Positions 39,070 to 47,597 of a stretch of 64,000 nt of DNA are shown in pieces. Each line of letters opens with the position of its first letter. The stretch's first letter is position 1. The notes below the pieces were generated by a model. It was given only the letters and a program-made list of their open reading frames with translations, searched no databases and was not told the DNA's origin. The stretch comes from an uncultured Gammaproteobacteria bacterium. Lineage in GTDB: Bacteria; Pseudomonadota; Gammaproteobacteria; JAKDMP01. The translations under genes and the position numbers were made by a program. Location: NCBI GenBank assembly GCA_964586925.1, contig CAZPJI010000001.1, positions 63,280-127,279 of the forward strand, in the 5' to 3' direction.

Positions 39070-39446
39070 GTGCCTGAACTCCTGTCGGTTCAAACGGATT
39101 ACCCGCGTCCGCCGGTACTAAGCCGTGAACTGGGAGTTGTGACGTTCTTCTACGCCACAGCCATGAAAGAGGGGCTTGAAGAGCGGGAACGGGGAACCAC
39201 GGAATAACGCGGCACACAGCGCTTCTGGCCGGGTGGGCCGCGTTACTTGGGCGCATTTCGTGCCAGGACAATCTCGTCGTTGGAACGTTAATGCCCGTGT
39301 CTGATCGATCGGAAGACGTGGCCAGAGAGCCAACTGCCCAGACGTTTCCGGTACGACTGGATCTTGCGGGGCGACCGTCTGTAGCTGAACTTGTGAGACG
39401 CGTAAAACAATGCACTAGCCAAGCCCTTGTCGGTCGTCATAACTAA
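39070..39446 (+). pseudogene. Remnant of a non-ribosomal peptide synthetase condensation domain (frameshifted fragment)
   Basis: Two adjacent frames translate to PELLSVQTDYPRPPVLSRELGV... and ...TALLAGWAALLGRISCQDNLVVGTLMPVSDRSEDVAREPTAQTFPVRLDLAGRPSVAELVRRVKQCTSQALVGRHN*. These match the conserved NRPS C-domain stretch (L.LP.DRPRP....G..; LLAAF..LL.R.SGQ.D..VGTP.A.R...E.E..IG.F.N.L.LR.DL.G.P.F.EL..RV...). It is disrupted by a frameshift near 39205-39215. No intact ORF is present and the flanks are very AT-rich. Coordinates are approximate (plus or minus a few nt). Confidence 0.6.
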
Positions 39447-39655
39447 TGTCAAAAAATAGAAAATTACAATATAACAGCTACTAATAGAGATATTTTAATA
39501 ATCTAGATTAGAAATACGCGAAAAAATGACATGAACTTTGACAATTGGTAGCTTCGCCAGAAAGCCCGAATTACATCGTGAACGTGGTCGTGGTTTCTGT
39601 TCAATACGTCCTTTAACCTGAATAATGAGCGGGAGCACCGGCATCCCAAGGCTTT

Positions 39656-40681
39656 TTAGAATCTGATGTTGGGCCAGACAGCTCCGGCTGCCAAGCCCAG
39701 AATGTAGAGCCATCCGAAGAACCGGTTATGGAGCAGGCACGCGCGGTGATACCACAGCGGCCAACCTATGTAGCCCTCTGGCGGAGATGCCGGTCTCGGG
39801 TGCGTGAATCGCGCAACCGCCCGCACTGCGCGCGGGGCAGCTACCAGGACAATAAGGCAGAACGGGCTAAGTACGCCGGATGCGACCAATACTGTCATTA
39901 CGGCATACATGCCAACGATCGCGGCTATTTCGAGCCTGCAAGCCGCGCGTATACCAAGGAGCACAGGAAGGGTATGGATTTTCCTGCTCCTGTCGAAGTC
40001 GATTTGATCGATATGCTTGCCGACCAGGATGGACATGACACCCAGTCCATACGGAACTGACGCGAAGAAAACGGTCAGCGATAGATGGCCCGCGATCATG
40101 GCGTACCCGCCACCTACCATGAGTGGCCCCCAGACCAAAAACACGGCCACTTCACCCAGGCCTATGTTTTTGAGAGGAATCGGTGCCGCGTCATAAGCGA
40201 AGAGCAAGGTTACGCCAGCAATCAGAAAGCCCGCGGCAAGCCAGCCGTATTCGATTATGAAGAAGGCCGATATCGCTATTCCGATCATGGCTAGAATTGC
40301 CAAACCGATGCCCAGTGCGGCCGGATCTATAATGCCGCTTGTCAAAGGGTGCAACGTATAGCGCATGCGCGGAGAGTCCGGCGTATCGTCACCGCGTCTG
40401 TAACCGAAGTAATCGTTGCTCAGATTGCTGATCATATGAGCGGTGAGGTACCCGACAAGTACGAGGATAAAGCCGTCCCAGCGAAAATGTCTGGAAGTGG
40501 CAGCAAGTAAGCCCGAGATCAACGCAGCCTGTGCCGAGATAACCAGAATCACGCTGCGTGCCGCGTATAGAAAACGCGAAACAATATCGAGAGAACTTAT
40601 TTTGTCGGGATTGGGCCTGTAGAAACCGGTAAATGCTCCTAGCCAGCGGGCCATTGTCAAGCGGAGGATGGATGTCGGCAT
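39656..40681 (-). CDS. UbiA-superfamily prenyltransferase, MenA-like (DHNA octaprenyltransferase family)
   Basis: The 341-aa protein has about 8-9 TM helices and a first Asp-rich motif NDYFGYRRGDD of MenA type (NDYxDxxxGxD with G at the second position). Confidence 0.7.
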   Translation of the reverse strand: MPTSILRLTMARWLGAFTGFYRPNPDKISSLDIVSRFLYAARSVILVISAQAALISGLLAATSRHFRWDGFILVLVGYLTAHMISNLSNDYFGYRRGDDTPDSPRMRYTLHPLTSGIIDPAALGIGLAILAMIGIAISAFFIIEYGWLAAGFLIAGVTLLFAYDAAPIPLKNIGLGEVAVFLVWGPLMVGGGYAMIAGHLSLTVFFASVPYGLGVMSILVGKHIDQIDFDRSRKIHTLPVLLGIRAACRLEIAAIVGMYAVMTVLVASGVLSPFCLIVLVAAPRAVRAVARFTHPRPASPPEGYIGWPLWYHRACLLHNRFFGWLYILGLAAGAVWPNIRF

Positions 40682-40892
40682 GAATTCTTTCCTGATCCGT
40701 GCGGTTGTTCAGCGAGTTTTTTATTGGGCGCTGAAATTATCAGCAGTTAAAAATATTCCTTGTCTCTTGTATCCATAGAGTAGCGTTACAGCAGAGCGAT
40801 TCAATTCATGGCCCAAGTGAGTAAACCGGTATCACAGTTTCTATATACGGGGTAATTCCGAAATGCTCTGTCCTGACTATCAACAATCATTA

Positions 40893-41426
40893 TTAGCCAT
40901 GTTCGACAGGCGTGAGTATAAGCTCATCATGATCATCGATACTAGCGCTCATGAGTTTGTCATCCAGATAGATTGCAACATCCCCGTAGCCGCCGGAACG
41001 TAATTGCCGGGCCGATGCAACCTCCAGGATGGCTGCGGCCTTACGGCGGTCACTCGCCGGCACCCGGTATATGCCGAATGTCTTACGCTGACCGTCGGGT
41101 TGAACATAATACTCATGAATGCTGATCGTATGATCGGATACCGGCTTGGAAGAGGTGTCGGCCAGTGTGGCGTCGCCCGCATTCTGCGGCCTTTTCGACC
41201 GAGTAATATTGAGTTTGTTATGGCTGTCAACGAATACATCTACCGGCGTATCGTCCAGGTATACGGCAGTTTTCAGATAGCCGCCGGCGCGAAGGCCTTC
41301 CGCCGAGAGCACATCGAGGAGTGCTGCGACTTTGTCGGTCTCAGTGTCGGGTATGCGGTATGAACCCAGAAGCTCCCTGGTTCCGTCGGGACGCGGATAG
41401 TATTCTTCAATGCGGAACATAGCCAT
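40893..41426 (-). CDS. Hypothetical protein built from two tandem copies of an about 75-aa domain
   Basis: Residues about 1-75 and about 100-175 are recognisably homologous. The alignable blocks are EEYYPRPDGTRELLGSYRIPDTETDKVAALLDVLSAEGLRAGGY...VYLDD versus HEYYVQPDGQRKTFGIYRVPASDRRKAAAILEVASARQLRSGGY...IYLDD. There is no signal peptide. Confidence 0.45.
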   Translation of the reverse strand: MAMFRIEEYYPRPDGTRELLGSYRIPDTETDKVAALLDVLSAEGLRAGGYLKTAVYLDDTPVDVFVDSHNKLNITRSKRPQNAGDATLADTSSKPVSDHTISIHEYYVQPDGQRKTFGIYRVPASDRRKAAAILEVASARQLRSGGYGDVAIYLDDKLMSASIDDHDELILTPVEHG

Positions 41427-41587
41427 TTGCTTACTCCATTCCGATCAACCACATATGTTTATTCAGTATTTCATCAAGATCGGACATCCGTCTTGATCGC
41501 GGTCAATCAAGGAAATCCCCGGTTCACCATCGTCCCTGAAGTAGAGTTATCATTATTGAAAGTTTTGGGTATTCCGGGAGCAGACAT

Positions 41588-41914
41588 ATGAAAGCATCTC
41601 AGATATTGTTATCGTTGGGTTTGTTGACCATACCGCTGGTTTCTATGGCCGCAGCGCCCTCCAAACAAGCAAAAAAACTGTATGGCGATCATTGTGCAAT
41701 GTGCCATGGCAGTGACGGAAAGGCAGTTATGCCGGGCGCAGGAGATATGACAGATCCCAAAGGTCCCCTGTCGAAGCCGGATAGCGTCCTGGTCGAGAAT
41801 ACACTCGCTGGGATCGGGAATATGCCCGGGTTCAAGGGACAGCTGACCAAGGATCAGATTTCCGCGATCCTTGCTTACATGCGGGCGGAATTCAAGGTAA
41901 AGGCCAAGCACTGA
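41588..41914 (+). CDS. Class I monohaem c-type cytochrome (periplasmic)
   Basis: It has a signal peptide, a single CAMCHG haem-binding site and a distal Met ligand region (GNMPGF). It is 108 aa. Confidence 0.8.
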   Translation: MKASQILLSLGLLTIPLVSMAAAPSKQAKKLYGDHCAMCHGSDGKAVMPGAGDMTDPKGPLSKPDSVLVENTLAGIGNMPGFKGQLTKDQISAILAYMRAEFKVKAKH

Positions 41915-41988
41915 AATCCACCGGTGCAGCCCATTGGAGGCATTGGCCGGAATAAAGCGGCGGGTCGAATATATTTCTGGTCTGCCAT

Positions 41989-42474
41989 TTGAATTCCGGC
42001 GCTTCGGGTGAGGGGAAAGCCGTGGAAGAATATGTGCTTGCGCGTTCTTTTCCCCAGGATCGGCGCCTTCTTTACGGCTTGATTGCAGGCATAGAAAAAT
42101 ACCCCGATTTCGTCCCCGGGTATAAGTCCGTGAATGTTCGCGGTCGTGAAGAGCGCAAGCTTTATGTAACGCAAACGGTGAGCATGCTCGGCCTGGAAAC
42201 GACATTCGATTCCATGGCCACTTTCGATCCGCCGCAGCTTCTCATTATCGACGCTTTCCCACCGGGTTTTAGCAGCATGCGGATCGAATGGAGATTTGAC
42301 GAGTTGGCGGTTGAGGCCACCCGGATTCAGATTAAAATCCGTTACGAAGCAAAGGGGTTTCTGATGAGGCGGTTTTCCCGACCTTGGATTCGGGCCTATG
42401 CGGACATGCAGGTAAGGGCTTTTCGGGAGCGCGCGAACAGACTGGACAGGGATGAGAACCGATCCGGCCCGTAG
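41989..42474 (+). CDS. SRPBCC-fold protein (Coq10/RatA-YfjG family)
   Basis: The START/polyketide-cyclase-like core (VLARSFPQDRRLLYGLIAGIEKYPDFVPGYKSV...) is typical of the RatA/Coq10 ubiquinone-binding family. The true start is probably an internal or alternative codon. Confidence 0.65.
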   Translation: MNSGASGEGKAVEEYVLARSFPQDRRLLYGLIAGIEKYPDFVPGYKSVNVRGREERKLYVTQTVSMLGLETTFDSMATFDPPQLLIIDAFPPGFSSMRIEWRFDELAVEATRIQIKIRYEAKGFLMRRFSRPWIRAYADMQVRAFRERANRLDRDENRSGP

Positions 42475-42616
42475 TGCCGGCCGGACGGTTTGGCGTGGAG
42501 GCGGGCGGCTATGCGATTGACCTGGATCAACTCGAAGCCTGTTTACAGGCCGGGAATCCGGCATGATATTCGATCAGGTGTAATCTGGTAGCGGTTCACC
42601 AGTGGGTGGTTCTGCA

Positions 42617-42859
42617 ATGGGTATCGATGGCATAAGCATTTGGCAGCTGCTTATTATTCTGCTTCTGGTCGTTGTGCTTTTCGGCACGGGTAAACTGCGC
42701 CGGGTGGGTACGGACATGGGACATGCAATCCGGGGCTTTAAACGCGGCCTCCGCGGCGACGGTGAAGAGTCCTCGGCAACGCAACAGGAAGTATCGTCCG
42801 ACACGAATGACGGAAGGAAGGGGAAAGCCCGAAAAGCAGCATCGGCCGAGCGGAAATAA
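42617..42859 (+). CDS. tatA: Twin-arginine translocase subunit TatA/E
   Basis: [44 protein letters not shown] is the canonical TatA TM helix plus amphipathic helix. The start is the internal Met of track ORF 42602-42859. Confidence 0.88.
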   Translation: MGIDGISIWQLLIILLLVVVLFGTGKLRRVGTDMGHAIRGFKRGLRGDGEESSATQQEVSSDTNDGRKGKARKAASAERK

Positions 42860-42874
42860 CCGCTTAGCAACGCA

Positions 42875-43165
42875 ATGTTCAGTGGCAGCTCGGGCGAGTT
42901 GGCCCTCATATTTCTGCTGATGCTGCTCGTTTTCGGACCGGAGCGGCTGCCTGGGCTTGCCCGTAATTTCGGCAAACTGGTCCGCCGCTCCCGGATCCTC
43001 GTGCAGTCGGTATGGAATCAACTGGAAGATGAAATAGACCGTAGCGAAAAAGCTCAACGTAACAAGACCGCTGCTGCAGAACTCGGACGGCAAGTACAGG
43101 TTCCCGGCTCGGACAGGCAGGCACGGTCTGCCGAAAACGTGACAAATGATGATGCACAAGCTTGA
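42875..43165 (+). CDS. tatB: Twin-arginine translocase subunit TatB
   Basis: MFSGSSGELALIFLLMLLVFGPERLPGLARNFGKLVRRSR matches the TatB N-terminal consensus. It is 96 aa. Confidence 0.85.
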   Translation: MFSGSSGELALIFLLMLLVFGPERLPGLARNFGKLVRRSRILVQSVWNQLEDEIDRSEKAQRNKTAAAELGRQVQVPGSDRQARSAENVTNDDAQA

Positions 43166-43253
43166 GTATGACCGCCACATACAGTGCAGCTTTGGCCGGC
43201 TTACAAAACAGCTTGAATACGAATATGAGCATATGGTTGGGGTCTGGTGATCG

Positions 43254-44033
43254 ATGTTGGGTCTGCATAAACGCCGCGACGATAATGAGGAAGCCACGCC
43301 CCTTATTGCGCATTTGCTGGAAATAAGACGGCGGTTGCTGATTGTTGTCGGGGTCTTTGTCGTGGTTTTGATCCCGTGCGCCCTGTTTTCCCGCCAATTG
43401 TTCGTGCTCCTGGCTCTGCCGATCATGCAGCGCCTTCCGGCCGGTTCCTCGATGATCGCAACGGGGGTTGCATCTCCCTTCCTTACGCCGTTCAAGCTTG
43501 CGGCCGGCGTGGCTGCATTCGCCTCCGTTCCCGTGGCTCTGTATCAGGCGTGGGCTTTTCTGGTTCCGGGGCTTTACAGACGTGAGCGTCACCTGCTTGG
43601 CCCATTGCTTGCCCTCAGCCTGTTACTTTTCTACCTCGGCATGGCTTTTGCCTATTTCGTAATTGCGCCCCTGGCGTTGCATTTCTTCATTTCCATGGCG
43701 CCGCCCGGTGTTAAGGTCATGACGGACATCGGAAGCTATTTGAGCTTCACTATGACGTTGTTCTTTGCTTTCGGCTTTGCCTTCGAACTCCCGATTATCG
43801 AGGTGGCCCTGGTCTGGCTGGGTGCGTTAAACGTGGAAAAACTGCGCAAATTCCGTCCCTATATGCTGATTAGCGCATTCATTTTAGGCATGTTGCTCAC
43901 GCCGCCTGACATGTTCTCCCAAACCTTGCTTGCGATTCCGCTCTACGGGCTTTATGAGCTGGGAATACTATTGTCCCGTTTCATGCTCAATCCAGATGCT
44001 GAGTTGGCGACGGAAACGGGCAACTCCGAATAG
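43254..44033 (+). CDS. tatC: Twin-arginine translocase subunit TatC
   Basis: The 259-aa protein has six TM helices and TatC N-terminal motifs (PLIAHLLEIRRRLL, FSRQLFVLLALP). Confidence 0.9.
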   Translation: MLGLHKRRDDNEEATPLIAHLLEIRRRLLIVVGVFVVVLIPCALFSRQLFVLLALPIMQRLPAGSSMIATGVASPFLTPFKLAAGVAAFASVPVALYQAWAFLVPGLYRRERHLLGPLLALSLLLFYLGMAFAYFVIAPLALHFFISMAPPGVKVMTDIGSYLSFTMTLFFAFGFAFELPIIEVALVWLGALNVEKLRKFRPYMLISAFILGMLLTPPDMFSQTLLAIPLYGLYELGILLSRFMLNPDAELATETGNSE

Positions 44034-44065
44034 ATCATCCGCTGAATATTTAAATCCCGCTCGCC

Positions 44066-45073
44066 TCAACAGATGCGGGGCAGGGGCTCGTTCTCGAGTT
44101 CTTCGAGTACTCGTTCCCCGCCAAATTCCGTACGGACGACCACTTCCGGGTAGCCTGATTGGACTTCGCCGATAATGACCGCACCAGGTGCCGCCCCCGT
44201 TTCCCGCAGCCTGCTCACCGCGGCCTCGGCTTCTTTTCCGTCCATGACGGCGACAATACGTCCCTCGCAAGCCAGATAGTAAGGATCGAAGCCCAGGATT
44301 TCACACACCGAAGCAACCGGGGGGCTCACAGGTATGAAAACTTCCGACAGGTACAGTCCGAGACCGGTCGCGCGTGCGATTTCGTTGGCGACGGTCGCGA
44401 CGCCGCCGCGCGTGGGATCCCGCATGAAGCGCAGCCCCGAAAACATGCGCAAAACACGGGCCGCGGGCAGTACGCTGGCCGCATCTGAGTGCAAGTCTCC
44501 GCTCAAGCCATAGTCTTCCCGGGCAAGCAGGACCGCGGCGCCATGATCGCCAACGGAGCCCGTCAGCACGATTTTGTCGCCGGGGCGAATCCGGTCCATT
44601 CCCAGGCTAAGTCCTTGCTGCTTGAGCCCGACGCCGGTGGTGGCGAAGTAAACACCGCCACACTCCCCACGTCCCACAACCTTGGTGTCGCCCGCAACGA
44701 TGGTCACCTCGCAGGCACGGGCGGCGGCAGACATGGAATCCAGCAGGCGTTCGAGAAGGGCAATCTCGAGCCCTTCCTCGAGGAAGGCGTTGAGAGTGAG
44801 GTATCTGGGTTCGGCGCCAGAGACGGCCAGGTCGTTGACGGTGCCGTGAATGGCTAACGAACCGATATCGCCACCGGGAAATTCCAGCGGCTGCACGGTG
44901 AAGCCATCGGTGGTGATCATCAGCTCTCCCTCCGCCGGCCAGGGTAGTTGCGCCGCATCGACGTTGACATCCAGGAGGGGGGAGGCAAGCCGGGACGCGA
45001 AAACGTTTTCGATCAGTTGCCGCATGAGTTTGCCGCCGTTACCGTGCGCAATGATGACATGGCTATCGTGCAT
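44066..45073 (-). CDS. hypE: [NiFe]-hydrogenase maturation factor HypE (carbamoyl dehydratase)
   Basis: It has the PurM-like fold, an N-terminal HGNGG and the C-terminal PRIC cysteine motif. It is 335 aa. Confidence 0.92.
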   Translation of the reverse strand: MHDSHVIIAHGNGGKLMRQLIENVFASRLASPLLDVNVDAAQLPWPAEGELMITTDGFTVQPLEFPGGDIGSLAIHGTVNDLAVSGAEPRYLTLNAFLEEGLEIALLERLLDSMSAAARACEVTIVAGDTKVVGRGECGGVYFATTGVGLKQQGLSLGMDRIRPGDKIVLTGSVGDHGAAVLLAREDYGLSGDLHSDAASVLPAARVLRMFSGLRFMRDPTRGGVATVANEIARATGLGLYLSEVFIPVSPPVASVCEILGFDPYYLACEGRIVAVMDGKEAEAAVSRLRETGAAPGAVIIGEVQSGYPEVVVRTEFGGERVLEELENEPLPRIC

Positions 45074-45085
45074 GAGCCCCCCGAA

Positions 45086-47431
45086 TCAAGTTAATCCGTT
45101 ATCCGTGCCTGGCACGGACTGAACCATGCCCGCGCGTGCCGCGGCCTCTATTATCTGACCATAAGACAAGCCGCCATCGTTAACCGGTAACTGCCGGGGA
45201 AGCAGCACTTCAAAGCCTTCCCGCTCCAGGCGTGCAATTGCGGCCTCGGTAAGGACGCGGTTCTGGAAAACGCCGCCGGTCAATGCAATCCTTGAGATGT
45301 CGTGCCGTTCACGCAGAGTCATGGCCTGATCCACCAGAGCCCGGGCCAGGGTGGCATGGAATGCCGCGGCGCGTTCCGCCGCCGGACGTGAATGGTCGAG
45401 CTGGGCGGAAAGCAACGGCTTCCAATCGGTGACGAGCAGGCCCTTTTCCGTTTCCCGGATGGGCAACGGCATGCCCTCGGCTTGAAGATCCTGCGCCAGT
45501 GCCTCCAGTTGCATGGGAGCCTGTCCGTCGTAGCTGACGGAATGGGTACCGGCGACAATGGCCGAGGCCGCATCGAAAAGCCGCCCCACGCTGCTGGTAT
45601 GGGGGCTGTTGAGGCCATCATGCCAGGCTGTGCGCAGCAGCGGATCGGCAAAAGCTTCTCCCGCTTTCCAGGCAAGACCAGCTTCCCAGCACAGTCCGAG
45701 TGCCGAACGCCAGGGTTCGGTGATGACACGTTCTCCCCCCGGCAGGCGGAATGGCCGCCAGGTTGCGACGCGCCGCCACGCGCCGGGATACCCGAACAAG
45801 GCTTCCCCGCCCCAGATCGTGCCGTCTTCGCCCAGCCCGGTGCCGTCCCAGGCAAAACACAGCAGCGGTTCGTTCAGCATGTCGAATTCGCCTGCGGCGA
45901 CACTGGCGTGGGCGTGATGGTGGAACACTTCCGTTACCGGCAGACCGCTGTTCTTTGCCCATCGGGAGTTGGGGAAGTCGGGGTGAGCGTCGCAGACGAG
46001 CGCTTCGGCACGTACGCCGTAAAGTTTTTGCAGATCGGCGCACACTTGTCGGAATACCCGGCGCGAGCGGGGGCTTGCGAGATCGCCTATATGGGGCGAG
46101 ACCACAATACGGTCTTCCCAGGCGAGCGCCACAGTAGTCTTCATGAAGGCGCCGACGGCAAGGAGCGGGCGCTGCAGGCGGAAAGGCAAATCGAGTTCCA
46201 GCGGGGCGATGCCGCGGCCGAGCCGGATCCGCAGCAGTCCGCCCGCGGCGGGCCGCAGCACCGGGTCGTCGGCAGGCCGCTCGATGGGCCGGTTGTGATG
46301 CAGGAACGCGTCGGCGACCCCACCCAGGCGTTTCTCGGCCTCGTTGGGATCGGTCAGGACCGGTTCGCCGCTGACGTTCCCCGAAGTCGCCACCACGGGG
46401 CGTTCGAAGCCCCCCAGCAATAGGTGGTGCAGCGGACTGTATGGCAGCATGAGCCCGATCTCGGTCAACGAGGGCGCGATTCCAGGGGCGAGCGGGGCAT
46501 CGTCGCGGCGCTCGACCAGCACGATGGGACGGACGGGATCGAGCAGGGCTTCGGCTTCCGTAGACCCCATGCCGGCGAGAGCGCGGGCCCACTCAAGTCC
46601 GTCATCGCCGGTCGCCGGAATCATGAGCGCAAGCGGCTTGTCGGGCCGGTGCTTGCGGCCGCGCAGCCGCATAACGGCGTCTTGGTCCGCTGCATCACAA
46701 AGCAGGTGATAGCCGCCGATGCCGCGCACGGCAACGGTTTCGCCGGCGCGCAGGGCGTCCAGGCAGGCCGCGAGGGCCGCTTCCGTATCCTCCACGGCCG
46801 GTTCGCCCGGGCGCGACCATGTCAAACCGGGACCGCATACCGGGCAGGCCAGGGGTTGGGCATGGAAGCGCCGATCCAGCGGATTTTCGTATTCCTTCCG
46901 GCAATCCGGGCAGAGCGTGAAGCCGGCGAGCGTCGTGTTGGGCCGGTCGTAGGGCATTGCGCGGATGATCGTGTAGCGTGGCCCGCACTGCGTGCAATTG
47001 ATGAACGGGTAACGGTTGCGGCGGGCGGCAGGATCGTTGAGTTCGGCAAGACAATCGTCGCAGGCGAACTGATCGGGGGGCACGTGGATGCTTGCCGACT
47101 TTGCGGTCTCGCTTTCACGGATGACGAAGCGGTCGTAACCCTTCCGCGCACTTTCTTCATCACGCAACAGATGGGGGCGTGCCAGCGGAGGCGCTTGGGC
47201 GATCAGTTCCCGGCTGAATTGGGCCAGTGCCGAATCATTGCCTTCGACGTGAATATGGACTTCTCCACCGGTATTGCACACCCAGCCGGCGAGCTGGTAA
47301 TGGTGTGCCAGACGATAGACGAAGGGACGGAAGCCGACGCCCTGCACGCGCCCGACGACCGTAATATTGCGCCCCGCCAATACCGGCATTGCGACGGTTG
47401 CCGATGTCGGGTTTGAATTGGAGCGCGGCAT
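45086..47431 (-). CDS. hypF: [NiFe]-hydrogenase maturation carbamoyltransferase HypF
   Basis: It has an N-terminal acylphosphatase domain (VVGRVQGVGFRPFVYRLA), two CxxC-x18-CxxC zinc fingers and YrdC and Kae1-like carbamoyltransferase domains. It is about 780 aa. Confidence 0.93.
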   Translation of the reverse strand: MPRSNSNPTSATVAMPVLAGRNITVVGRVQGVGFRPFVYRLAHHYQLAGWVCNTGGEVHIHVEGNDSALAQFSRELIAQAPPLARPHLLRDEESARKGYDRFVIRESETAKSASIHVPPDQFACDDCLAELNDPAARRNRYPFINCTQCGPRYTIIRAMPYDRPNTTLAGFTLCPDCRKEYENPLDRRFHAQPLACPVCGPGLTWSRPGEPAVEDTEAALAACLDALRAGETVAVRGIGGYHLLCDAADQDAVMRLRGRKHRPDKPLALMIPATGDDGLEWARALAGMGSTEAEALLDPVRPIVLVERRDDAPLAPGIAPSLTEIGLMLPYSPLHHLLLGGFERPVVATSGNVSGEPVLTDPNEAEKRLGGVADAFLHHNRPIERPADDPVLRPAAGGLLRIRLGRGIAPLELDLPFRLQRPLLAVGAFMKTTVALAWEDRIVVSPHIGDLASPRSRRVFRQVCADLQKLYGVRAEALVCDAHPDFPNSRWAKNSGLPVTEVFHHHAHASVAAGEFDMLNEPLLCFAWDGTGLGEDGTIWGGEALFGYPGAWRRVATWRPFRLPGGERVITEPWRSALGLCWEAGLAWKAGEAFADPLLRTAWHDGLNSPHTSSVGRLFDAASAIVAGTHSVSYDGQAPMQLEALAQDLQAEGMPLPIRETEKGLLVTDWKPLLSAQLDHSRPAAERAAAFHATLARALVDQAMTLRERHDISRIALTGGVFQNRVLTEAAIARLEREGFEVLLPRQLPVNDGGLSYGQIIEAAARAGMVQSVPGTDNGLT

Positions 47432-47597
47432 AAAGCGGCCTCAGGTCCGGGCGTCGGCCGGTGAGGGAATGGCGTTGAAAGAAGTCACGTTGCAGTCTCC
47501 GGCCGTGCGAAAAACACTGGTGCTCTCGCAAAGCTGCAGAACCCGCAAAAAATAATTTCTTTTCTTTGCGACTTGGCGCCTTTGCGGGAGTTTCTTT

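Noticed and set aside
38964-39655. Possible ncRNA, tRNA or integrase attachment site in the AT-rich gap next to the NRPS fragment
   Set aside because: No cloverleaf-compatible sequence, integrase gene or direct repeats flanking the island were recognisable. The coding remnant explains the central part, and the AT-rich flanks look like decayed foreign DNA.
42475-43253. Coordinates for tatA/tatB derived by direct nucleotide counting
   Set aside because: My manual base counting in this stretch disagreed by 1 nt with the ORF-track coordinates, which are self-consistent with the translations. Track-derived coordinates were used instead. Other hand-counted coordinates (NRPS fragment, inverted repeats, hairpin) may likewise be off by about 1 nt.
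47432-47597. Sigma-54 (-24/-12) promoter in the hypX-hypF gap, and likewise around 62780-62810
   Set aside because: TGG...GC elements are present but the GG-N10-GC spacing does not fit the consensus on either strand. Only short inverted repeats can be stated from the sequence.
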